NCBI GenBank assembly: GCA_001179505.1
Contig: CDMY01000488.1
Location: 62,001 to 126,000, forward strand
Length of the DNA: 64,000 nt
Source of the DNA: Vitrella brassicaformis CCMP3155
Taxonomy: Eukaryota > Protista > Chromerida
Direction: 5' to 3'
Part shown: positions 33,380-45,471 of the stretch, one piece after another
How the letters are laid out: every line of letters begins with the position of its first letter
How positions within the stretch are numbered: the first letter of the stretch is position 1
Notes under the pieces: generated by a model
What the model was told of the DNA's origin: nothing
Seen by the model: the letters and a program-made list of their open reading frames with translations, nothing else
Databases searched by the model: none
Translations under genes and position numbers: made by a program

Positions 33380-36300
33380 ATGGTGGCTCCCGCGAAGTCC
33401 TCTTATCCGATGCTGTCAGTGGCTGAAGGGCTGCAGCACGTGATGGAGGCAGTCAAGAAGAGAGGCCCCGCCACGACTGACACCGTGGCCATCCAGTCGG
33501 CGTTCGGACGCACCCTGGTCACAAAGGAAGATCACAGACGGAGATGGCCGGATCACACTTTGCAGTGTGTGCAAGGGTCCGTTCTTCTGCTTGTGTGTGT
33601 GTGACAGGCGGAGGACGTGACGGCTCCGTTCCCCCATCCCGCATTCCCTGCATCCATCGTGGTGAGCCAACACGCACTCAGCGAACGACGTGAGCTGCTT
33701 ATGTGTGATGGTGTCTGTCTGTGTGGGGTGGTCAATCCATCCATCCATCAGGACGGCTATGCACTTCACTTGGGAGGGAGTGGATCAGGTAGGCAAAGAG
33801 AGGGCTGGCCGCCTTCAGCACTGTCAAACGACTTGATCGTCTGATCCTTGGTTTGTGTCAGCAGCGTATTCCGTCGTCAGCGAGAGCTTTGCCGGCGCCG
33901 AGGGGATCGTTACGCTCAAGCCCGGTGAGAGAGAGGTGTGTCTGCGAGGGCAGCGCGAGATGGCCCATACCTCCCTGTGTCTGTCCGTGTTGTGCAGGCG
34001 AGGCATCTTACATCACGACGGGCGCGAAAGTGCCAGACGGCGCAACCGCTGTGGTGAGTGCAGTGCGAGATCCAATGCGGAAAGACCCCAGCCAGTTGCC
34101 CATCCTCCACGTGTGTGTATGGGTGTCAATCACTTCCCGCTCAGGTGCCTGTGGAGCAGTGCAGTGTGGACAAGCAGACGGTGACCATCCTGACCTGTGA
34201 GTGAGCAGAGGGCACTCATTTCTGTGTCTGTGGACTGACTGCGTGCCATGTGTACGCCTATGTGAATGGCCAGGCGATGTGAGTGCGGGTCAGAACATCC
34301 GCCCGGTGGGGTCTGACATCCCGCAGGGCACTGTCGTACTCAACAAGGGGCTCAAGATGGGAAGCGCTGAAATCGGTACGCAGTGGGATGTGTGTATGCT
34401 ATGCTATGAGCTGCTCATCCTTGCTTGCCGTGTGCTGGTGTGCGTGCGGTGCGCCATGCAGGTGTGTGCTGCACTGTGGGTAAGGCCTCTGTGCTCGTCT
34501 ACCGGCCTCCAAGGATCGCCATCCTCTCCACAGGTGGGTGGGTGGCTGGGGATGGCACACCACAAGGGTCACACGGCCATGAGTCCAGACCTGGGTGCTC
34601 CTTTCCTTTGCTCCCACAATAGGCAATGAGGTTGTTTCCATCGGCAACCAGGCATCGCTGCGCAGCGGGCAGATATTCGACAGCAACGGGCCCATGCTCA
34701 AGGCACAGGTGGAGGGCGATGGCGCAGTCGTGACGGAGCTCACGCACCTCAACGACGACAAGGTGGGCAAAGGAGGAAGGTTACGCATGGGAACGCACTC
34801 ACGGTGTATGTGTTGGTCTGTCAGGGTGTGATCGGGGAGTATTTCCGGAAGCAGCAGGAGAGTGATGTGGACATCATCATCACGACCGGAGGAGTCAGGT
34901 GACTCACACAAACAGAACAGACAGAGAGTGTGCGAGCGAACGCAACAATCAATCGTGTGATGTGATGCCTGTGTCTGTCCAGCATGGGTCGGAGTGACTA
35001 CGTCAAGCCCCTGCTCGAAGAGATGGGCCAAGTCATCTTCGGGAGACTCAACCTCAAACCAGGCAAACCAGCTGACAATGAATGGCACACACATCACACC
35101 ACTGCACACCTATACATCTGCCATCCCCAATGACAGGCAAGCCGACGACGTACGGCCACCTGCCGTCCAAGGGGCGTCCAGAAAGCCCCATCCAGGTGTT
35201 CGCCCTGCCCGGCAACCCCGTGTCTGTGTGGGTGACGTACCACCTTTTTGTGGTGCCCGTGATGCGAGCCATGCAGGGAGGTGAGCAGAGGGGAGAGAAG
35301 AGATGCTATTCTCAGTGTCTCACTCACCTCATTCGTGTGTGTGTGTGTGTGTGTGTGATTTTGTGTTTCAGTGGATGTGGGTGCGGTAGGGTGGCCGTGT
35401 GTGGATGTCGAGGTGCAGCAGGACCTGCAGCTGGACAAGGAGCGACCCGAGTACCACCGCTGCGTCGTCTATGCGGAGGACACGGCACCATCATGGGGCA
35501 GACGGAAGCTCAAAGCCATCTCCACCGGACACCAGGTCCGCGCCCTCCGCAATGGTGACGCCCAACAGACGCCTTTGTTGTTCATCAGATCTCCAGTCGC
35601 CTGTTGAGCTCTGTGGGTGCGAACGGCCTACTGCAACTGCCGGCGCAGAAGGACACCAAGGGCAGCAAGATCCCCCGGGGCTCCACCATCTCGGCTTTGC
35701 TCATCGGTGCCATCGCCAGTGTGCCCCCGCCGATGGAGGTGCCGCCGGTGCCCTCAGGCCCCGTGTGCAAGTGCGGCATGGTTCACGAGGAAGGGACGCC
35801 ACACGCACACCAGACCAACGGAACCAAGCCCAAGCCGACGGCGGCAGTGCATCCGAGTTTGGTTCATGCCGCTGTGAGTGAGAGAGATGACAAAGGAGAT
35901 GGGCAGATGCGATGCGACGCAAGGCGGATATGGTTGCTCTGTTGATTGAAATCAGAGTGCTGGCGCGCCAATGCCCAAGGACGGTGCCGGATACTCGGCT
36001 GCAGTGCTGGTCTGCTCGGACCGCTGCAGCAGGGGGGAGGCAGAGGACAGATCAGGGGTGAGCTCAGCTGAGCTCGGCTCACACACACAAAAGAGAGAGC
36101 CCCATCTGTCTGTCGACGAGTCATGCATGTCTGCCTGCCTCCCTGTGTGTGCACGTGTGTGTGCAGCCCGTTGCTGTCGAGTACCTGAGCGAGCATGCGG
36201 GGTTCCCCCTGACGGTCCACGAGCTGGCCATCGTGCCGGACGAGATCGACGCCATACGCACACAAGTCAACAAATGGTACACACAGATGTCTGTCCGGGC

Positions 36301-36989
36301 GGGGATGGAGGGAGGAAGGCATTGGTCTGGTCGAGCCGTGATGTGTGTGTGTGTGTGTGTGTAGGGTGTCCGAGGGCATGCAGCTGATCGTCACATCGGG
36401 CGGCACCGGATTCGCCGTAAGTGAAGTGCCTGCACCCATTCTATATTTCATTCTGTGTGTTGCTGCGCTGATTGGTCAGCCCCGCGACCGCACCCCCGAG
36501 GCGTTGGAGCCGCTGTTTGACCGCCGATGCCATGGGCTCACGCACCAGATGATGGACGCAAGCCTCCAGGTACACACGGCCTACATCACTCACATCTCAT
36601 CCATGTGTGTGCGTCGGAATGACGTGTGTGTATGCCTTTGGCGCAGGCGACGCCGACTGCAGGCCTCTCCCGGCTGACTGCAGGGATTATCAAACTCACG
36701 TATGTACGATAAGATCGCCAGCGGCAGCAGCAAACGATTGAAGGGACAGCCACCTGTTTGTTCTCTTCATGTCTGCCGTGTGCTGTGTTGGCTGCCCAGG
36801 TTGGTCCTGGCTCTTCCCGGTTCACCCAAAGCGGTAAGTGAGTGAGTTGAACAACACGCGGCACGTGGCAGGCCGTTTGTGTGGTGTGTGTGTCTGTGTG
36901 TCCTGTCTGCCTGTGTGTGTCAGGTGCGGGAGTGTCTGGACGCCGTCAAGGTGCCCCTGCCACATGCTCTGAGGCTCATCAACTCCTGA
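33380..36989 (+). CDS. CNX1: Molybdopterin molybdenum-insertase, MoeA(E)-MogA(G) fusion (CNX1/gephyrin family)
   Basis: MoeA motifs: PAFPASIV|DGYA, YITTGAKVPDGATAVV, NIRPVGSDI, RIAILSTG|NE, DSNGPML, IITTGG|VSMG, LNLKPGKP, FALPGNPVS, RPEYHRC, TGHQ|ISSRLLS. MogA motifs follow: AVLVCSDRCS..DRSG|P, IVPDE, LIVTSGGTGFA|PRDRTPEA. Stop at 36987-89. Confidence 0.92.
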
Positions 36990-36999
36990 GTAGTGAGTC

Positions 37000-38200
37000 A
37001 AGGCGACAGAGAGCTTTTCTGTGAGTGGGAGTTTTTGCCACCTGTCCATCATGCCGGTGTTGGTGCATACGTATCAGTAGACAGGGAAAAAGGTGTGCGG
37101 TGTCCTCCGTGTGTGTGTTTGCGTGTTCGTGCACTCGAAAAGAGTCGGTGGACGAATCAGTGTCAAGTGTGTCGAAAGAGCAGCCCAGTGTGTGTGATTG
37201 TGGTGGTCAATGACACACGCAGGAATGGATGGATGGATGGATGGATAATGGACCAACAATCGCAGAATGACTAATAAGACACATACACGACTGAAATCGC
37301 ATTGCTCACACACACACGAAGTGACACACACACACACACGAAGTGACATGGATGGCATGCTCGCGCGCGGCGGGCCCTTGACGGATGGCTGAGCAGATGG
37401 ATGGCTGAACGGATGGCTGGCCTATAGGTCTACACACAGTGACTGAGTGATTGCGGAACGCCTACGTACTTAATGGTCTGTCTATCCCTATACAGACAGA
37501 TAGATAGCAGGATGGCACTGCACTCCTTACTTCTTCCTTGCCTTGCCTTGCTGCCATCCTACGGGCTACACAAAACCCCACACACACACACGACACGACA
37601 CACGTGCACTGCAGTGTGTATCAGCGACCTGTTTCAGCCAGCCTAGCCTGCAGTGAGTGCATGGATGTGTGTACGTGTGTGGGTGAGGAGGAGAGAGGCA
37701 AAAACCGCCTTATGCACACATCCGACATATACACCAAGATCGTTCGCTGTACGCAGTACGGAACGGTCGATTGGTCTATGATGTGATACAAATGAATGGA
37801 TTGATAGATGGATGGATACTTACAAAATCCCCTCTGTCTGTCTTTCTTTCTTTCTTTCTTTCTTTCTGAAATGTAGGTGAGTGGTGCCCCCCGACCCCCC
37901 AACCCTCCCTCCCTCCGACTTACATACATAGATATCCATTTGTGTCACTCACATGACATGATACATGGTGGTGAAGTGACGTGACATGTGTGTATGAAAA
38001 CGCGGCTATGCTATGCGTGTGCACACACCATCACCGCACACACAGCATACAACATAGCATAGACACTCACACACGTACACGCCACACATACCTACCTTAC
38101 GTAAATTATGCAGCCAGCAACGAATAAATAACGCATCGCCCATCCCTCCGATCCACGATAGACACCCCCCACCCCACACCACCACCGATTCCCTTCCCAC
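37000..38200. repeat. Microsatellite-rich intergenic tract between convergent 3' ends
   Basis: (GGAT)n near 37225, a duplicated cacacacacgaagtgaca unit near 37305-37350, (CTTT)n near 37843-37868, and CA runs. No coherent ORF. Confidence 0.6.
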
Positions 38201-38216
38201 CGCAGAAACATTCATG

Positions 38217-39734
38217 TCACACGCGCCCTGGCCCGGCGGCCTTTATCCTTATCAGGTCTGGCTTCACCGGAGGAGAGGGCACCTTTGCCGGCGGCTGTAG
38301 CGCTGTCTCATTCTCCCACGCGCTGTCCCAGTAGATGGCTATTCCCTTCTCACCTACAAGGAAGGATAGGCCAGGCAACACGCAGTCAAAAACACAAAGA
38401 GGCGTCTGTCTGTCTGCATACAAATCGACCGCCTTTCATTTCACCCTCACCCTCACCAGGCGGGCACTCGGTCGTCACCGACGGCAGCACGTGGCAGAAG
38501 CGGCAGCACAGGTGGTTCAGGGCGTTGCACGTCTCCTCGGGCACATGTGTGGCATTTGTCCCATCGCCCGCACACGAGGGGTCGAACGTCAGCAGGCGGT
38601 AGTCCAGCAGCTGGTTGACCCCCACACAGGCGCTCGGCTGCTCGGAGGTGTCGCCACACACGTGTGAGAGGCGGACAGGGGGCAAGAGCTGCTGCGTTGG
38701 TTCTTCCTCTTTGGGCGGCGGCTTGATAACGATATCGGCGGGAGGGGTGACGCGGATGAGCCACTCCTGCGTGCGGGCGATGGGCAGCATGGCCATCCGG
38801 ACCTTCTCGGCACACTCGTCAAAGGTCTTGGTGTTGCGCGGCAATACGTTCTCCGCAAACGCGCCCACTGATCCACACACACAGCAACAAGAGCTCAGCT
38901 CCACACATAGACCCGGCTTGCCTGCCTGGACGGTGAGCGAATGTGACGTACTTACGTGTGTTTGGTGTGGTCGAATCTTTGGTGTCGCTCCCCTTGTAGC
39001 GGCAGACGTACAAGACCGAAGACGGTGCCTACACAGACAGGTATGTAATGTGCGGGGGAGAGGGTAGGGTGTTTGCCGGAGGAAGAACGGTGCCCGTCAG
39101 GTCACACCTACCTTTGCACTGTTGTCGCCACACCCAATCTCTGTGGCGCCCTTCCACACCATCGCGGTGCTGCAGCCACATGACAGACAGTCAGGAAATG
39201 TAATTAATGGGGGGTGACAGACACTGTGTGGGACGGCGATGTTCTCAGACTCTCAAAACTCACAAGTGCCCGGCTCCTGAACGGAAGTCGTTGCTGCCCT
39301 CTGGCCAGAGGTCCACCTCATCGTACCACGCATCGATGGCCGAGTCGAAGTCCGTGAAGCCTGACACAAACACACACACACACACACACACACATCCTCT
39401 CTCATCGCCTTGACTGTTGGCCGTGCTCGTTTCTTGTACCCCACGCAAGGTTTTCCCCAGCCGGCCCCGCTGGTGGTGCGAGGTTATAGCTGTCCGAGTG
39501 CTCAAACACGCCCTTGTCTGCCCAGGCCTGGGCGCTGGTCGCCATCGCGCTGCTCCACGTCAGGGCAGGGGCGTCGTGACTGTTAAGAGCAGCCAGGCAA
39601 AGGCAGAGGCAGAAACCCGTGGCTGGCTGTGTGTGTGCTTAATTGTCCGTCTGCTTTGCTTTGCTTGCTTACAGGCATCTGTATGTGTTGTGGAGAGCCA
39701 GCACCGCCGCGACCTGCGTCGCACTGAGTGCCAT
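38217..39734 (-). CDS. CAP/SCP/PR-1 domain protein with Cys-rich C-terminal extension
   Basis: MALSATQVAAVLALHNTYRCL.., GENLAW, AIDAWYDEV, GHF|TAMVWKGATEIGCG, LYVCRY are CAP signatures. Upstream exons in 39900-40700 cannot be excluded. Confidence 0.85.
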
Positions 39735-40301
39735 GGCCGGCGCCGGGAGGGACAGAGGGAGAGGGAGAGAGGGAGGGAGAGGGAGAGAGGGAGGGAGGGA
39801 GAGGGAGAGGGAGACCAGGCAAGAAGAGAAGGAATGGCGGCCGGGAGGTGCTGTAGGGAAAAAGCGGAGTGTTCGTTGTTTCGTTGCCACCCACGCCGTT
39901 AAGGGTCGGCCCGAGCGACACGTTTCCATGAGGCGTGTAAACAGAGACGACAGGGCGACCTGATTGCTTGGGGTCAAAGTTGAGGAGAGAAGTTGCACGA
40001 GAATGTCACAACACAAACACACACACACACACACACACGACCGGACGCATCAAGGGTCCGATGCGCCCCACTACATACATAGTTAACGCACACCGCACGA
40101 CACACACACACACACCGCCACGAATCGGGATGGGTGATGCAGGCAGGTCAGCGTAGACGAAGCCCATCCCACGGGGGGCTGAAGGGCTGGGGAGGTGAGA
40201 TGAGCTGGCTGTCTGCGGGTTGCTAAGATACACACGGGAGGGAGAGAGATAAGGGAGTGAGTGACCCGCCTACCTGTCAGGAAGGCAGCCATGCAGGCAA
40301 G

Positions 40302-40333
<32 letters not shown>

Positions 40334-41430
40334 TGTGCTACCTATATCAACACCAACGCTCACGCGATGCGTGTGGAGGCGCGTGGGTGTGGTGCGTGTG
40401 CCACAAAATCGGATCGTCAGGCAAGACAAAGAGGAAAGGCCCAGAGGCGCGAAGCACGGAGTGATTTGATGAATGATGATGATGATGAACGGCTGGTAGG
40501 TCAGTCGGTCCATCATTCCATCATTCCATCCAGGCATCCAATGGAATGGGTGCACACACATTCTCCTCATCCCTCCGCCCTGACACGACGGTTGACACAG
40601 GGCAAGTGACGACCACTGTGACTGTTCCTTGGCAGCCGCAGTGACATCAACCGACCCTGGTGCGGCCGTGTGGTGCCAAGAAAAGGGAGAGAGAGAGACA
40701 GAGAGAGAGGAAACATGGCAACAACCGATTCATCAAGACAGTGTACCAGAGGGGGAGAGGGAGAGGAAGGGAGAGAAGAGAGAGACAGCAGACCAAAACC
40801 TCGCGAGCGCACTCCATATGCACCCTTCCATCCATCCATCCATCGATCGATCGACGTCCAATCAGAAAAGATCGGTCACACACATCATGCGGCCATGCGC
40901 ATAAAAATGGCGTCGCTGCAGCCAAATGAATGAATGAATGAGTGAGCAAACCAGCCAACCGCACACACAGACACTCAGACAGACGGAGGACGGACAGTCA
41001 TGGAACGAACAGCCAACTGCGATGACAAATTGCTCGCTCTCGCCCGCGCCATCATCCCACCCGACCAAACCACCCCACCACCACCATGGACGCGGTGGCC
41101 GGGCGGCCGTCTGGCTGTCTAGACACCCGCCCCGCCCCCCACCCATCCATCCCTCCCTCAGCCGCTCAGCGGTGAGTGAGAGGGTCAACGTCAACACACA
41201 CAGCAGCAGGTTAGGTTGGCATGGCAGCGGGTGGGTGGCAAGGGAGGGAGGGAAGTGGTGTTGAAAAAGCGTCCGTCCATCACACATCACACGCGTGTAT
41301 GTATGGATGGATGGATCGATGGATCGAGTATGATGGTATGGATGGTGAGGATGATCCCTGTACATGGTCTAACAAGACCCCAAAAACGCCCCTCTCCCTC
41401 CCTCCCACCTCCCTCCCTCCCGCCTCCCGC

Positions 41431-42338
41431 TTAAAACCATGATGCCAGTTTAGCGAGCGCGAGCACGACAATGACGAGAAAGACCACCTGCCAGAGCTCC
41501 CACCCCTTCTTGGGCTTGTTGCTGCTGAGCGTCTTGAGCTGCTCGCTCAGCGAGTCCCTCTCCTGCTCCAGCTTGGCCACCGTCTGCACCAGCTCGTCGT
41601 ACCGCACCTTGAGCGAACGGCTGTCACCACCCACCCCCTGTGCGCTCGCCACCGACGCCTCGCTCGCACCCGGCCCGCCGTACACGGCCGCGTTTTCCGA
41701 GTACGACTCGGACGCACCCGCACCCGCACCGCCCTCCTTCCGGAACACCACGTCGAGGCGGTAGTCCTCGATGTTCTCCTTGGCCACATGGGTCCAGTCG
41801 TCGCGCGACAGTGGCATGTCGCTCTCAACTGCACCACACATCACAGAGAAGGGATATTTGTGTGAGTGTGGTGTTTTGAGCGTGTGACGGCAGTGCTTGT
41901 TGTGTGTGTGCCCACCTACCTCGTGTGGCCTGGACGAGGAACCGATCAGTGGAGGGCGGAGGATCCGCCGTCAGCGGCTGCAGAATGATCTGTTCATCCA
42001 TCGACACACACACCAACCATACACAAAAGATCAGCCATCCCGAGACACGCAAACCGCGCCACGCAGCCGCCTCCCTGCCTCCCTCGTCAAGCCCCGCATC
42101 TGACTCCCCTCTCTGCCTGTCCATATCAGCACCCACCCACCTGAATCTCCTGTGTGCCCTTCTCCTTGAGCACGCCCGAGGAGGGCCGCACGAGGTAGTT
42201 TTTGGGCGCCGTAGTCTTGATCTTGTAGGCCACGATGGCATTGGATGCGTTCTCGAGGCGCAGGCTGGCAGTGACGGTGCTGTAGAGCTGCACCGGGAAC
42301 TCTATCGTCTTCTCTGGCGACACCGACAGCAGCGGCAT
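41431..42338 (-). CDS. VAP: VAMP-associated protein (MSP domain, coiled coil, C-terminal TM anchor)
   Basis: VAYKIKTTAPKNYLVRPSSGVL and DRFLVQ (MSP domain), YDELVQTVAKLEQERDSL (coiled coil), WQVVFLVIVVLALAKL (tail anchor). Confidence 0.93.
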
Positions 42339-42547
42339 CGTCAACACCGAGGGCCAACCGGGTCGCAACCTACGCGTTTGGTTGTTTCCTCTACTCAAAA
42401 ACACCTCGATCTGAGCTCGCAATGAGATGGCGCCGTAAGCTTTGAAATGGCGCCGTGACTTCTGGCGTGATTCTGTGCTTCACCAGACGAGTGGGAGCCC
42501 TCTGCACATCCGCGGCTTGAGATCTCTATCTCGCGAGGCGTTCCACC

Positions 42548-43591
42548 ATGACGGCTTATCAGCTGCCTGCTGATCTTTGGCGGCAGCGAGTGCTGCCGTT
42601 CCTCACCATTATCGAGCTGCTAGCCCTCCGCAGCACCAGCAGCACCATTGGAGCCTCCATCGTCACGGCCATCCTGCTGCTGCATCGCATCGACGGCTCT
42701 CTCGCCCGGCACGCCCTCTTGGGACTCATCGATATGGACCGCACACACAAGGGCCCTCTGCTGTTCAGCTACCTGCTGCGAGTGGCCTATGTGTTGGACC
42801 AGGGCGGCAGGGAGTGGCGTGTGATGGGCACATTCATCCGTCTGGCCGTCATCCATGGTCTGACTCCCAACGGTACCGCGCCCCTGGTGCTGTCGGCTGA
42901 GTGGCTGGCCGCCCATCTGCCCACCAGCAGCGCCTTCCACCAGCTGCCTCTCATGTTGGCCATTTACCGCTTGTGCGGCCAGCAGCTCAGAGACGGGGCA
43001 GAGAGCCTGGCGCTGCAACCAGAGGCCCAGGAGGGACGGCATCGGATCGGTCAGTGCGTGATTCGTGTGGTGTCATTGGCTGACTTGCCTGTCGGCCACT
43101 CGTACCGTGACAGCTACAGCCCGACGGATCCCGCTATCTTCTATTCGGAGGGGCTCAGCCAGGGACTGTCATCACCCTCTTTCTCGTCGTTTCTGTTCCA
43201 CGGGGTGTGCCGCTTGTGGGGTCAGGGGTGGCGTCTGAGGGCCCTGCTATGGTTACAGATGGCCCGGCGAGACGACCACTGCTCGCGAGCCCTGCGGACT
43301 GCAAACATCGACCCGGCTGACGGCATGGTGGTGGACTACTGCACGGGCAATATCGGTAATTATCTATGGCGCGAGGTGATCGTGAGTGGCTTCCGGCCAG
43401 GCGAGACCGTCGCTGCCCACTTGACGGTTTCCCGCTACCACGTCATGCTGTTCACAACAGAGTCTGCCACCACCGACAACACCCACTCGCTCGACAGCCG
43501 GTTCCCCGTGTCGATGCCACGGCTCCGTGCTGTGCTGCGGCACTGCGGTGTGGAGCAGCAGGTCATCAGCAGAGGGGAGGTCCGGGTGTGA
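42548..43591 (+). CDS. Intronless hypothetical protein with F-box-like N-terminus
   Basis: Single 347-aa ORF beginning MTAYQLPADLWRQRVLPFLTIIELLALRSTS (LP-x-D-x-W-x-x-x-x-L-P-x-L-x-x-x-E-L-x-x-L-R pattern). The rest is not recognised. Confidence 0.65.
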   Translation: MTAYQLPADLWRQRVLPFLTIIELLALRSTSSTIGASIVTAILLLHRIDGSLARHALLGLIDMDRTHKGPLLFSYLLRVAYVLDQGGREWRVMGTFIRLAVIHGLTPNGTAPLVLSAEWLAAHLPTSSAFHQLPLMLAIYRLCGQQLRDGAESLALQPEAQEGRHRIGQCVIRVVSLADLPVGHSYRDSYSPTDPAIFYSEGLSQGLSSPSFSSFLFHGVCRLWGQGWRLRALLWLQMARRDDHCSRALRTANIDPADGMVVDYCTGNIGNYLWREVIVSGFRPGETVAAHLTVSRYHVMLFTTESATTDNTHSLDSRFPVSMPRLRAVLRHCGVEQQVISRGEVRV

Positions 43592-44244
43592 CTGACCCAC
43601 ACACACCAGCCGTCACGACCTGAGTGAGTGAGGCGTTGGGAACGAGTAGACAGTAATTAGAGAGATGTCAATGAGGGCGTTAGGCAGTGATTGGTTAGGT
43701 GTGGCATCCATCCTTTGTGTGTGTGTGCTCTCTTGTGTCTGACTGAGAGTGGAGAGGGGGTGGAGGTGGGCAGGTGGTGGTGTGTCATCGTGACTGACTG
43801 ATGGACAGGGTTTAGGCTTTAGGAATCATGATCACGCTGTGTGTACCTGAGTGCTTTGATAAAGTCAATCAATGAAATAACGGTCTCTGTGAAACTATCA
43901 CACGTCGTCTAGTGGCCCCCCCCCCACACACATGCACCCGGCTGGCTGACCCCATGAAGGACACTCACACCACCTCACACCACACTCGACTGATTGCGGG
44001 AAACAGTGCCCGCCTCTCGCTGCGGCTTTCTGTACAATTGCTCGAGAGGCGCGCAGTTGATCCAGGCAACCAACAGCCACAGATAGATAACAAAGCACAT
44101 ACAGCAGACACACACACAGATCGACAGACAAGTCAAACAGACACAACAAGGGCTGCAGGCAGGTAGGCAGGCCCGCGTACACATCACGAATGAACGAACG
44201 AATGAACGAACGAATGACCCAGCCCACACCCATACAAAGATTTC

Positions 44245-45011
44245 TCACACGCTTCGGGCGTCGGCAGTGTAGAGCTGCTGCCGTTCAGACCGGATCGCCG
44301 AGAGCTGATTCTGCTGCTCCTGCCTGTGGCACTCGCGAAGAAGGAAGTCCCTCCCCGACAAAGTCATCAACGTCATGCGGGATCTCCTGGCGGTGGTGGG
44401 TGGAGTCCCATCTGACGATGATGACGAGCGTGTGCTGGCGTCGGTGGGGCAGGGTGAGGGGGAGCGGTCGTGTGGATGCTCCTCGCCCTCCTCCTCAGGC
44501 AGCAGCCGCAGCAGCATCGTGTGCGCGAGCCAGATGCGGTCCAGGGCAAGCGCGTCCTTGACCCAGCGGCCGTCAATGGCCATCTCCTCCTGTCCGTCGT
44601 CGTTAATGCGTCGTGTCCAGCCGACTGCTTCGAGCAGCTGACATGCGGCCAGGTGCCGCATGATGGTCTCCTGGATCTTGGGATTGCTGGTCTGCAGACA
44701 CCACACACAGACACACACCGGGTGTGCTCTACAGCTGCTGTCAGGTGTGTGTGTGGGTGTGTGTGTGTGTGTACCTTGAAGGAGCGATACTTCTTGCTTC
44801 TTGGATGCTTGAGCAGGTTCCCGTGAAGCCGGGCGAGAGTTGCAGCGCACTCCTGTCGCTCCTCAAGCAAAGCGATGGTGTTGAGCGCAGTGGCAGCTCG
44901 GCTGATCTGCACCTCCATCGCCTCAATCGCATCTTCCGGCTCGGTCTGATACACAGCAGCGACGTCCATATGTGGCTGCGTGTCGCCCTGGATGAGCTCT
45001 GCAGGATCCAT
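44245..45011 (-). CDS. PUB-domain protein (p97/Cdc48 cofactor-like)
   Basis: LARLHGNLLKHPRSKKYRSFK|TSNPKIQETIMRHLAACQLLEAVGW matches the PUB pattern N-x3-P-x3-KYR-x-I-x-x-x-N...L-x-x-x-G-[FW]. Both ends are uncertain. Confidence 0.7.
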
Positions 45012-45471
45012 GAGGCTGAACGAGTTGTTGTGTGACAGCTGTTGGAGGCAGTGAACGAGGGCAGAGATCTGTGGCTTGTCGTGCGAAGGGGTGCTGCGAC
45101 AGGGATCGACAGACGGAATGCAGGGAGGGAGGAGGGGGGAGGAGGGAGGGGAGAGGTCGCCCCTCCCCTCCCGAAACCCTGAGCCCTAAACCCTGCACCC
45201 TGCCGAGGTGCAGCTGAGCACGGTACTGACCAGGCTGTTTGACTGACACAGATAGACATCGGTTCTTTTGTCTTGGTCTCAGCACAGCCCATCCACAGCC
45301 CACCCATCGCGCGGCATGGTTGCACCCATAGCGCGAGAGGCGTGGGCTGTGGACAGCCAATGCATGGACCAGGACAAGGGAACGATCACAATGTCGGACG
45401 ACTCATAGTACGCACAGGCTGTCTGATCCACACAAGGAGCACTCCCGCTCAATCTCCCCCTAGTATCTTTG

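Noticed and set aside
37300-37350. Direct repeat resembling a CRISPR unit
   Set aside because: Two adjacent CA-rich copies only, no spacers or cas genes, eukaryotic context.
40000-41400. Many 70-170 aa ORFs on both strands
   Set aside because: Dominated by CA, GA, GGAT and CAGG repeats. A few exon-like pieces might belong to the CAP gene, but no chain could be supported.
43806-43823. Telomere-like gggtttaggctttagg (also ccctaaaccct near 45184)
   Set aside because: Only one or two imperfect units; compatible with chance.
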